Assembly (NCBI GenBank): GCA_016839805.1
Contig: JAEOTO010000009.1
Span: 1 to 64,000, forward strand
Length of the DNA stretch: 64,000 nt
Source: Candidatus Hermodarchaeota archaeon
GTDB taxonomy: Archaea > Asgardarchaeota > Hermodarchaeia > Hermodarchaeales > Hermodarchaeaceae
Reading direction: 5' to 3'
The first letter of the stretch is position 1; the number at the start of each line of letters is the position of its first letter. Made by a program: the position numbers and the translations under genes. The notes beneath the pieces were generated by a model, which saw only the letters and a program-made list of their open reading frames with translations, did no database searches and was not told the origin of the DNA. Positions 38,655 through 47,712 of this stretch are shown here, in pieces.

Positions 38655-39485
38655 TTGTATGTGATCCAATCTATGCCTCAACAACCCGTCGCCTATGATT
38701 TACATCTTCATACAGAATTCAGCCCCGACTCCACCACACCAATGGCTGTTTATGCCGAAGCTGCTAACCAATTAGCTCTTCACATTGGATTTCTGGATCA
38801 TTTTGAACTGGCGTTTCTCGACCGCACTGACTTCTTGAACTATGATATGGTTCCCCAGCTTCTTGAAGCATTTGACTGTGTACACACAGATTATCCTCAA
38901 ACATCAATTGGGCTAGAAGTCGATTTCTATAGTGATTTGAAATCAAAAGTCGCAGAATTCTGTGATGACTATCGCTCTGATTTTGATTATTTCATAGGTG
39001 TTGTTCACACTGTTGACCGGTATGCGGTAACGGTTCTTGAAGAAATGGAAAACCTCGTCGCACAATTAGGTCTCCGTGAAGTTCTTGAACGCTACTTCAA
39101 TGAGGTGGAAGGTGCCATTCAATCACGCCTCTTTAGCGGCATTGCTCATATCGATAGTGTAATGCGTTTTGTCCCCCTTTTTCCTGGAAGTACAGAATTA
39201 ACGTCCCTTTGGTACACTCGCACAAAGGAATTATGCGTACTTTGTCAGAAGTTAGGTGTGTTAATTGAAGTAAATTTACGTGGATTAAATCATCCTTGGA
39301 AACAAATTCATCCGGCACCTTCCCTGATTAATGAACTTATTCCAGGTAGAGCTAAATTCTACGTGGGATCAGATAGTCACTCCTTAAGCGAGTTCCAAAC
39401 AGCAATACCAACTCTTATGCAGATGCATGCGTTTCTGGTTGAGCACGATAGCCTTGGGCTTCCAGAGGCTTTGCAAATCGGCTAG
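38655..39485 (+). CDS. PHP-family phosphatase (histidinol-phosphatase HisJ-like)
   Basis: DLHLHTEFSPD, LDH, GLEVD, AHID, GSDSH. Confidence 0.85.
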   Translation: MYVIQSMPQQPVAYDLHLHTEFSPDSTTPMAVYAEAANQLALHIGFLDHFELAFLDRTDFLNYDMVPQLLEAFDCVHTDYPQTSIGLEVDFYSDLKSKVAEFCDDYRSDFDYFIGVVHTVDRYAVTVLEEMENLVAQLGLREVLERYFNEVEGAIQSRLFSGIAHIDSVMRFVPLFPGSTELTSLWYTRTKELCVLCQKLGVLIEVNLRGLNHPWKQIHPAPSLINELIPGRAKFYVGSDSHSLSEFQTAIPTLMQMHAFLVEHDSLGLPEALQIG

Positions 39486-40087
39486 ACCCGGAAAAGGAAT
39501 TCCAGTAGGATAATGGCCACTGCTGTTGCTACTCCAGCTCCCAAAGTTTGGAGACCATAGAACCAAGGATTCTGTTCTGAAACGCGTCCAAGGAAGATAC
39601 CCAATAAGAATAGCAGGATAAAGCCGGTAATTGCTGATATGATTACAGCGAGTTCCCATGGAATAGGGATTCCAACACCGATTACGAAGAATGGGACTAG
39701 AAGAATTAACCCCGCAATGAAAGGGGCAAAACCATCAACGAATGATGACACTATAATGGCAAAACGTGATGCTTTCTTAACCACGGTATCATCCAATTTA
39801 CGAAGCATAGCGCGTTCCATTTCACGAAATTCCCGCTCTCGTTCCGCCTTTTCAGCAAGATATGTCCCCGCTAATCCTGAAAACATCATAGCCAGACACG
39901 CACCAATGCCTGCTGTAACAATGGCTTGAGCATCAAAATGGGCAGCGAAATGTGACGCTAGAATAATTCCCAAAATGGTGAGTGTTCCATCAAACGCATT
40001 CATGGCAAAATACCGTCGGGCAATCGGTCCGAGTTCTGAGATCCGGGCTAGTTGTTCCATTTTTTCTATTCGTGACATAATCATCAA
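39482..40087 (-). CDS. VIT1/CCC1 family membrane transporter
   Basis: RRYFAMNAFDG, GTYLAEKAE, five TMs. Confidence 0.82.
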   Translation of the reverse strand: MMIMSRIEKMEQLARISELGPIARRYFAMNAFDGTLTILGIILASHFAAHFDAQAIVTAGIGACLAMMFSGLAGTYLAEKAEREREFREMERAMLRKLDDTVVKKASRFAIIVSSFVDGFAPFIAGLILLVPFFVIGVGIPIPWELAVIISAITGFILLFLLGIFLGRVSEQNPWFYGLQTLGAGVATAVAIILLEFLFRV

Positions 40088-40244
40088 CAGCTGCTTTCAT
40101 TCATTCGCAAGTGTACCCGAAAAGCCTTATGAATCCACTGCGAAGAAAGGCAAAATCTGAATTTCATGAAAAGCACTCACTCTTCGATAGACTTTTGTTG
40201 ATGGTACGAAAAGAATGAGACAAGAGTAGCAAGGAGCGGTACGA

Positions 40245-41573
40245 ATGGAGTCCAAAAGTGATAAGATTATCTTTGGAAAAGGTGAACTTGAAGGTCATCG
40301 GTTTCATCTTCGGAAAGATCCGAAGGGTGGCACAATTGTCATCGACGCCTCACGATTACTATTCTTGAATGAAACCGGTTATGACTATGCAACTGCTGCA
40401 GTCGAAGGAAAATCTGAAGATGAGGTAATCGCACTCATTAAACAGAAATATCGGGGTGCAAAACCAGATGCGATTCGTGCTGATTATGATGAATTAAAAG
40501 ACAAAATATTGTCGTTCATTGCACAGCCGGATGTTTCTCCCATCGAAACTTTTGACTTTGGTGAAGTCGAACCTTTCTCCCATGACCCCCAAGCACCATA
40601 TCGCATCGATCTAGCACTCACATATCGCTGTAATAACAATTGCTCACATTGTTATGTGCCCCCAGAACGGCGTGGATGGGATGCTACCCGGGAAATGGAT
40701 ACTAGTAAATGGAAGCAAGTTCTTGACAAATTACTGGATTTGGCCATCCCTCATGTAACCTTCACAGGTGGTGAACCCACCCTTCGTGACGACCTAGTAG
40801 AGCTTATTCAGTACAGTGAAGACATCGGCATAATCGCAGGACTAGTGACAAATGGACGGCGCCTCACCCAATCTATGGTGGATGATTTGGTCAACGCTGG
40901 AATAGACTACGTTCAAATTACCTTGGAATCACATCTCCCAGACATTCATGATCAAATGGTAGGAATAACGGGTGCTTGGAAGGAGACCATGGCTGGTTTG
41001 AAGCGATTCATCGCCACCGATATCTATACCATAACCAATACCACACTAACCCAGCTAAACCGATCAACAATCACAGACACCGTCGCATTTCTCGCGAAAT
41101 TAGGTCAAACTAATTTTGCTATGAACGGTCTCATCTACTCAGGAAGTGGTCGTGATGTGGCTGATAAACAAGCGATTCCCGAGCAAGACCTTGACGAACT
41201 CATCACTGATATTCTCGCTGAAGCCAGTGAACATGATATGAGGCTTATCTGGTATTCACCCACCATGTATTGTCATTTTGATCCAACAGAATATGGGCTA
41301 GGTCCACGACGTTGCAGTGCAGCCTACTCAAGCCTTGCTATTGAGCCTAATGGGAACGTCTTACCCTGTCAAAGCTACTTTGAATCATTAGGGAATATTC
41401 TCAAAAATTCTTGGGACACCATCTGGAACCATCCTACTGCCAAAGCGCTCCGTGGACATACCAAAGTCGCTGAGGAATGCCTTTCGTGTGAGCTCCTCAA
41501 GAAATGCGGTGGCGGCTGTCCCCTCTTCACAGAATACAAAGAGGTTTGTTGCCATCACAGTCTAGGCGGTTAA
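40245..41573 (+). CDS. PqqD/RRE-domain radical SAM/SPASM protein (peptide-maturase-like)
   Basis: N-terminal LNETG...EDEVIALIKQKY...IRADY RRE pattern; CNNNCSHC; TGGEP; SPASM C..(GNVLPC)..CLSC.....CGGGCP. Confidence 0.85.
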   Translation: MESKSDKIIFGKGELEGHRFHLRKDPKGGTIVIDASRLLFLNETGYDYATAAVEGKSEDEVIALIKQKYRGAKPDAIRADYDELKDKILSFIAQPDVSPIETFDFGEVEPFSHDPQAPYRIDLALTYRCNNNCSHCYVPPERRGWDATREMDTSKWKQVLDKLLDLAIPHVTFTGGEPTLRDDLVELIQYSEDIGIIAGLVTNGRRLTQSMVDDLVNAGIDYVQITLESHLPDIHDQMVGITGAWKETMAGLKRFIATDIYTITNTTLTQLNRSTITDTVAFLAKLGQTNFAMNGLIYSGSGRDVADKQAIPEQDLDELITDILAEASEHDMRLIWYSPTMYCHFDPTEYGLGPRRCSAAYSSLAIEPNGNVLPCQSYFESLGNILKNSWDTIWNHPTAKALRGHTKVAEECLSCELLKKCGGGCPLFTEYKEVCCHHSLGG

Positions 41574-41623
41574 CATCTTATCAACTCTTCAAAAACAGAG
41601 CCCCTTATTGAGAGGGTCAAGCG

Positions 41624-42337
41624 GTGGAACTCTACACGACCCATTTTCTATGCAACCAAGCCCACCGTACAGCTCCAACCCGACAATTCTTCTATACGCA
41701 AACAAACTGGAAAACAGCACCTATCAGCCTAGATTTAGGCTGTGGAACCGGAGTAATTACATCCGAACTTACCTTCTCCCATGCCCAAGCAATTGGACTC
41801 GACATCAATCCCGACCTCCTGACTCAAGCAGTTATGGATAACCGTCCCAATAACTCCGTCCACCTCGTTCTTGCAGATGCTACTTCTCTACCTTTTCGAT
41901 CATCTATTGTCTCCTTTGTACTAAGCCACTTCACTTTAATGTGGATTCACAACCGTGAAACTGCCCTTGCTGAATTAAAGCGAATCCTCCGACCCGGGAG
42001 CCTTCTTGCGGCAATTGAACCAGATTACACGGGTCGAATTGAAATCCCCAAAAACGCCGAATACACTTCTCACTCTCCCATCATCGATTATCTAATATTT
42101 CGAGGGGCTGACCCCTTCATTGGTGGGAAACTCCCTTTTGAACTTCAAAATTTTGACTTCACTGAAGTGCAGTTTGGGACATTATCTTGGGAATATCATC
42201 CCGAAGCCGCCCAAACAGAGATTCAAGATGAAGCTACCCTCCTGCAAGCTAAAGGGATTCACTGGAAACAACCGGTTTTCACTTACACTCCAATTTTTTG
42301 GGTTATCGCATTCAAACGAGAAATTCGCTCAGAATAG
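41624..42337 (+). CDS. Class I SAM-dependent methyltransferase
   Basis: LDLGCGTG, GLDIN, ADATSLPF, LRPG, EPDY. Confidence 0.85.
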   Translation: MELYTTHFLCNQAHRTAPTRQFFYTQTNWKTAPISLDLGCGTGVITSELTFSHAQAIGLDINPDLLTQAVMDNRPNNSVHLVLADATSLPFRSSIVSFVLSHFTLMWIHNRETALAELKRILRPGSLLAAIEPDYTGRIEIPKNAEYTSHSPIIDYLIFRGADPFIGGKLPFELQNFDFTEVQFGTLSWEYHPEAAQTEIQDEATLLQAKGIHWKQPVFTYTPIFWVIAFKREIRSE

Positions 42338-42407
42338 ATTAACTTGGACTGGGAGAAAAAAGGAGACGAGAAGGGACGCCCCTAAGATTGGCTCCCTTCT
42401 ACAATGG

Positions 42408-42839
42408 CTATGGACCGAAGAGCCAAATGAGCAATAAGACTATTACGAAGACAAGAATGAACGCTATAATGATCATGAAGATGACGTACAGTAAGCCAAC
42501 GGCGATAGCGCCGAGTATTCCGGTATCAAAGAAGTGCATAATTAGCCAGATGTAAAGAATGAAGACAACAAGCAGTGGTATGGCTATCGCTAGAATTTGA
42601 CCAATTAGTCCAGGTGGCAATAATGGTGCGACAAATGTATCTATGACCCAACCTAAGATTTCGTTGAGAATAGCGCCTAGGAGAGAGATCCAGAGTGCGT
42701 CCGTGAATTTGGCATTTTCAGGTCCTGCAACTACACGACCTGCGATCCAGAGAATCAGTGATCCTAATAACCAGACGATGAGGAAGGGAATGATTACCAA
42801 TACGATGAATTCTATAATTTGCATTACGAGTACTCCCAT
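42408..42839 (-). CDS. Four-TM membrane protein
   Basis: Hydrophobic 143-aa ORF. Confidence 0.7.
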   Translation of the reverse strand: MGVLVMQIIEFIVLVIIPFLIVWLLGSLILWIAGRVVAGPENAKFTDALWISLLGAILNEILGWVIDTFVAPLLPPGLIGQILAIAIPLLVVFILYIWLIMHFFDTGILGAIAVGLLYVIFMIIIAFILVFVIVLLLIWLFGP

Positions 42840-42988
42840 ACTGGTTTGTTAGTGGGATGTCTGAGGAATTCTATCCTTAATATGTTATGGGAGCATTGTT
42901 TTTGTAATCACATCTACTCAAAGAGGGTGTCCTGAAAAATCGGGGATTATGGATTATATTTTGGATACGGCTTCAGACATTCTGCTTT

Positions 42989-43383
42989 TTAAAATGGAAT
43001 GGGTACAAACAAGATGAACGAAAGCGTCGTCACAACGACGTCAATTATGAAGTAACATACCACAGCTAACATTGTAAGGGCTAACGCACTAAAAATCCCC
43101 ATCTTCTGGTATAAAACGAGCAAAGCCAGCAGCACAATCATCGCGACAATAAGGGCAATGAAATTTACCGGAATTGGGATGCTGAAATACATAATCCACC
43201 AACTGATTTCTTTCATTACCACGCTAATAATCACAATAATGAATGCTTGTCTGAAAGTAAATCCTTCTTCAGTTACAATTGGCTAGCAAAATAAAACGCA
43301 ACAAAAACAACAAGAAACGAGAGAAAAAATCGGGAAACTGCCTGAACTATCAATGGTAATAAGAATGGTTCAATTTGCAGGAT
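42989..43383 (-). pseudogene. Frameshifted membrane protein, probable paralog of 42408..42839
   Basis: ILQIEPFLLPLIVQ...FYFASQ joins IVTEEGFTFRQAFIIVIISVV if one A is added at ~43280; no in-frame ATG found. Confidence 0.5.
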
Positions 43384-43577
43384 GTAGTCGCCTTCAAAAT
43401 ATTCTGTAACGCATCAGTAGCTTACTCATCACCCATAAATTTTCTCTTAATCAGTGAAATCAAGTAGATTTTCACAGTCGAAGTTAGGTATTGGGTTTGT
43501 TTACTTATCGTGTCGTGTGAGTTAGGTTTAAAGGGGCTAATCCAGGTCTGTGACTCATATAGTGGGGCGATGGTCCA

Positions 43578-44915
43578 ATGCCACATTTTCTCGATCTATT
43601 CCTTCAAGAGTTACAAGAAAAACGTGAAGCCTTCCGTCGGAGGTTAACAGGTGAAGAAGCCTCAGAATTAGATGGTCTTTTGAAGAAGTCGTTTATCAAG
43701 GAATGGCGAGAATTGCCTTCACCTAAAACAGAAGACCTTCGTGTAATTGCCGTAGACAGTGGACGTTCCATGCGAGAATACGCTGCAGGCTCACTCATGT
43801 ATATTTGTCGGGCTAGTGCATACACTTCGTGGGGAAAACAATATCGGCGAGTCGTTTCAAACGCGCATATGATTAGTTCTCCACGGGAACGCCTTATTGA
43901 CCTTGTGAGTCTGCGATCAGAGCACTTAGAACACCAAGTGGCTCTTGAAGCAGTGCAGGCATCATCGGATGTTGATTTGGTGTTACTTGATGGATCTTTG
44001 TATGGTCGGATTACGCATGTCCCAATCTCGTTCAATTATCCTGGAGAACGGGATTTGTATTTACGTTTCATGCAGACTTTTATTCGACTTCTTGAAGAAT
44101 GTCGTAAACGGAAGATTCTGATATTAGGTATAAGCAAGGATTCGGTGGCTCGGCATCTTACACGCCTGCTCTTGGAAACAGTCAAGGTTCAAGTATTGCA
44201 GAGCTTCAAGCAGATGCTTTCTTCCTCCGATTTCGAACAATTACACGAATATCTTGAAACCGAGGAGAAACAATCGGTTTCTGCTATTCGATTTCTACGG
44301 GATTTATCACTTAGCGACAACCAAGAACAATTGTTATGGGATTTACTCTATGAGCTGCGACGCCCACGACCTGACTTTGCCCTAATTCAGGCCTGGACTG
44401 AAACTGCGGGGTATACAACACCAATTGAACCCTATCCAGATGTGCCACTGTTCAAATATGAGTCAAAAGATCCCGCTGATTATGTTCGACGACGGTTTGT
44501 AAACGCCTACAAAGATTATCAGCAAGAGGAAGATTTTGAGAACTGGGCGATTCCAGTGATGCGGGGTACTTTCGAGCTCCCCACCTTCGTGACGTTTTGT
44601 GCAAAACTTGCACATAATGATACCCCGATGCGTATTGATATGCCTGCCTTTAATACAGGTTTACCAACCCGTATTTCACAGATTTCTGCGGCTCGAATGC
44701 TCGATCCAACTCCTCAGCGGGTAATAGAGGTCTTACAGCTGCTTCAAGGGGAATATGGTGGACCTGAACTCTACAACGTCTTTCTGGTCCGTGCAGACCA
44801 AGAAGCAAGATTACCTATGAGCGATGTGACAACCCTTTATGAACCATTGGTAGAAAAGGAATTGAAAATACCCCTAGTACCTAAACGTCGAGACAGGAGG
44901 ATACGATATGTCTAA
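43578..44915 (+). CDS. nurA: NurA 5'-3' nuclease
   Basis: IAVDSG, LLDGSL, GISKDS; operon context. Confidence 0.88.
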   Translation: MPHFLDLFLQELQEKREAFRRRLTGEEASELDGLLKKSFIKEWRELPSPKTEDLRVIAVDSGRSMREYAAGSLMYICRASAYTSWGKQYRRVVSNAHMISSPRERLIDLVSLRSEHLEHQVALEAVQASSDVDLVLLDGSLYGRITHVPISFNYPGERDLYLRFMQTFIRLLEECRKRKILILGISKDSVARHLTRLLLETVKVQVLQSFKQMLSSSDFEQLHEYLETEEKQSVSAIRFLRDLSLSDNQEQLLWDLLYELRRPRPDFALIQAWTETAGYTTPIEPYPDVPLFKYESKDPADYVRRRFVNAYKDYQQEEDFENWAIPVMRGTFELPTFVTFCAKLAHNDTPMRIDMPAFNTGLPTRISQISAARMLDPTPQRVIEVLQLLQGEYGGPELYNVFLVRADQEARLPMSDVTTLYEPLVEKELKIPLVPKRRDRRIRYV

Positions 44916-46539
44916 AACCCAACAAGATGAGCCAGTAGGATTCATTGTTGAAGAAGCCCGAGCTACAGAATTCATATTTGCTAGTGACCGAAAACGGTAT
45001 CCAGCGAAATTCGAATATCTCACCGTAAACTCAGAAGAATTGGTAGATAGGACACTCAAACCCGTCGAAGTTCTTGCTCAGGTTGAACGGATCACTTCCC
45101 AAAGCCTTGCCCTTCGTCGCAGTCTGGACATTGAAGCAATCTATCGGATTAAGGAAGCAGGAATTGATGATGTCAAAACCTGGGGAATTGCACGGGTCCT
45201 AGGCTATCTAGTTCCTACAACCAAAGGACAACCTCCACGAATTCTCCTTCCTCGCCGCGCAGTGACTCCAGGAAACGCGATTTATATTGCACCAGATAGT
45301 CTTCTTGCCAAATTCTATGCCTATCCAAAAGAAGAGAGTCTTTATGTTGGAAATCTAATTTCTCGACCTCAGATTCCCGTGCATTTACGCATTAACGGCT
45401 TTCGACGGCATGTCGCCATTCTAGCCCAAACGGGTGCTGGTAAAAGCTATCTTACAGGTGTATTAATCGAAGAACTCATGGATCGGGGAGCCACTGTAAT
45501 TATCATCGACCCTCATGCTGATTACGTATTCTTAAGTCAAAGTCTCAAAGGCGACAAACATGGTTTCTCAGACCGTGTAACTGTGTTCCAAAATCCCGAA
45601 AGCACCGGTCGATATAGCAAGAAAGATATCGGTGGAGTAGAATCCTATACCGTTCGATTAGCTGATCTTGACTTCGACGAATTATGCGGAATCTGCGGCA
45701 TTGGCGAAAAGTATACCAATATCCGGGCAGGTTTAGCGACGGCTCTAAAACAACTCCAAGAAAGAAATGTCGTCTATCTAACTGAGGATATCGAAAAGGA
45801 ACTGAACACAGTAGCCAATACTGAGGATTTAGATAAATCCATCCGCTTCGGTGCTCTCAACGCAACAAAATATGTTAGACGCCTTCACCGCCTTCGCGTC
45901 TTCTCGCGCAGCGGCGTACCTATAGAGAAAATCATCAAACCCTATCATTCGTCGATTATCGATTTATCCGGACTTGGCAATCGCAGCACAGATTACATCG
46001 TCAGTCGGCTGCTAAAAGATGTGTTTGAAGCTGTGGCCACCGATGCCTTTGCATATCCCGTTTTTGTAGTCGTAGAGGAGGCACACACCTTTGTCCCCCC
46101 TGAATTCCCCACCTATTCTGCGAATATTATTCGACGAATTGCTCAAGAAGGACGAAAATTCGGTGTCTTCCTTCTCCTAATTAGTCAACGACCTGGGCGA
46201 ATTCATCCAGATAGTCTTAGCCAATGTAATAGTCAGATCGTCCTCAAAATTACTAATCCTCGTGACCAAAACGCCATTGCTCAATCATCTGAACGGTTAA
46301 GTGAGGACCTTATCTCCGATCTACCCGGCTTAAATGTGGGCGAAGCTGTTGTAGTCGGTGATATTACTCGGACACCTGTGATGATTAAGGTTCGACCCCG
46401 TAATACGCGAGAGGGCGGTGCTGATATTGACGTCGTCGCTCGGCTCAAACAAGCCCGAAAAGCTGCAGGAATTGATGCCCAACTCGTTCAGGAACGTAAG
46501 CAAGAAAAGAAATTGAAGGGAGCGTTCTCTGAGGTGTAA
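44908..46539 (+). CDS. herA: HerA helicase/translocase
   Basis: N-terminal HAS barrel, RHVAILAQTGAGKS, DPHADY, VEEAH, EGRKFG, SQRP. Confidence 0.92.
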   Translation: MSKTQQDEPVGFIVEEARATEFIFASDRKRYPAKFEYLTVNSEELVDRTLKPVEVLAQVERITSQSLALRRSLDIEAIYRIKEAGIDDVKTWGIARVLGYLVPTTKGQPPRILLPRRAVTPGNAIYIAPDSLLAKFYAYPKEESLYVGNLISRPQIPVHLRINGFRRHVAILAQTGAGKSYLTGVLIEELMDRGATVIIIDPHADYVFLSQSLKGDKHGFSDRVTVFQNPESTGRYSKKDIGGVESYTVRLADLDFDELCGICGIGEKYTNIRAGLATALKQLQERNVVYLTEDIEKELNTVANTEDLDKSIRFGALNATKYVRRLHRLRVFSRSGVPIEKIIKPYHSSIIDLSGLGNRSTDYIVSRLLKDVFEAVATDAFAYPVFVVVEEAHTFVPPEFPTYSANIIRRIAQEGRKFGVFLLLISQRPGRIHPDSLSQCNSQIVLKITNPRDQNAIAQSSERLSEDLISDLPGLNVGEAVVVGDITRTPVMIKVRPRNTREGGADIDVVARLKQARKAAGIDAQLVQERKQEKKLKGAFSEV

Positions 46540-46544
46540 ACACC

Positions 46545-47708
46545 GTGCCGATTACTATTCTTCACACCTCAGATTCACATTTAGATATTCCTGCCATTAA
46601 ATTTGGTTCTCGGCGCTATGAACGAAAGAATGATTTTCTCAAATCCTTTGATACCATAGTTTCAACCGCTTTAGAAAAGAAACCCGATCTTTTTCTCCAT
46701 TCTGGCGACCTTTTTGACGGACTGAATCCGCGAAATCCGGTTCGAGCCCGAGTCATGGAAGCCTTTAGAAAACTACACGAGAAACAGATTCCCATTTACA
46801 TTATCAGCGGAAACCATGATGTTCCTCGGGCGCGTCGTCATGGAGTAGCCCCCCTATTAGAATACGCCCGTACAGGCTTTGTCAACTTTTTTCCTGAATG
46901 GGAAACAATACAATCTAGCACCATCAATTTGCATGACCTTGAAGTTGAAATCTCAGGAATTTCTTTTAATCCCACATTAGGACCTTCAGAAGATCCCCTT
47001 CATCAATTATCCATTCCGGGAAAAGGTGATGTTAACATCCTTCTAGCCCACTATAATGTAGAAGGACTTCGTGGAACCTTTCCCTATGAACCCGATATCC
47101 TACTCAAGTCAATACCCAAGAATCTGACATATCTTGCTGCAGGTCACAACCACGAATATCAAAAGCAACAAGTTGGAAACACAACAATCTGTACTCCCGG
47201 AAGCACAGAGCACGTAACCTTTTCTGAGGAATCTCAAAAGAAGGGTTTTGTCTGGTTAGAAATCGACACACATGCCGTACAAAAACTCCAATTCTTCCCC
47301 ATTGAAACCCGCCCAATGCAAACACAGGATGTCACGATTCCCGCTGATGTTAATATCAATCAAATGCTTATCAAAGAAATCGATCGTCTGCGAAATCCCC
47401 AGCTTATCCTCCGGTTTCGTCTTCAGGGTGTCATGACGATTAAATCAGCTGAACAGTATCGTCGAACTGAAGTCGTACGGCATGGGTTTGCGAAATGCTT
47501 CTCCACTGAAATCGTGGACGAACTCGAATACATCAGCCCCGATCCAGATTTTCTTACTCCTGAAACTGAATTGAAACCACCAATCACCGAATATCGTGAT
47601 TATGTTAATGCGAGAGTAAAACAAGAGAAAGACCTAGAAAAGAAGGCATTACTCCAAAAAGCATTAGATCGCGGGCTAGCTCTTTTAGAAGACTCAGGAG
47701 GTTGGTAG
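46545..47708 (+). CDS. mre11: Mre11/SbcD nuclease
   Basis: DSHL, SGDLFD, GNHD, AGHNH, PGSTE motifs. Confidence 0.92.
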   Translation: MPITILHTSDSHLDIPAIKFGSRRYERKNDFLKSFDTIVSTALEKKPDLFLHSGDLFDGLNPRNPVRARVMEAFRKLHEKQIPIYIISGNHDVPRARRHGVAPLLEYARTGFVNFFPEWETIQSSTINLHDLEVEISGISFNPTLGPSEDPLHQLSIPGKGDVNILLAHYNVEGLRGTFPYEPDILLKSIPKNLTYLAAGHNHEYQKQQVGNTTICTPGSTEHVTFSEESQKKGFVWLEIDTHAVQKLQFFPIETRPMQTQDVTIPADVNINQMLIKEIDRLRNPQLILRFRLQGVMTIKSAEQYRRTEVVRHGFAKCFSTEIVDELEYISPDPDFLTPETELKPPITEYRDYVNARVKQEKDLEKKALLQKALDRGLALLEDSGGW

Positions 47709-47712
47709 GGGA

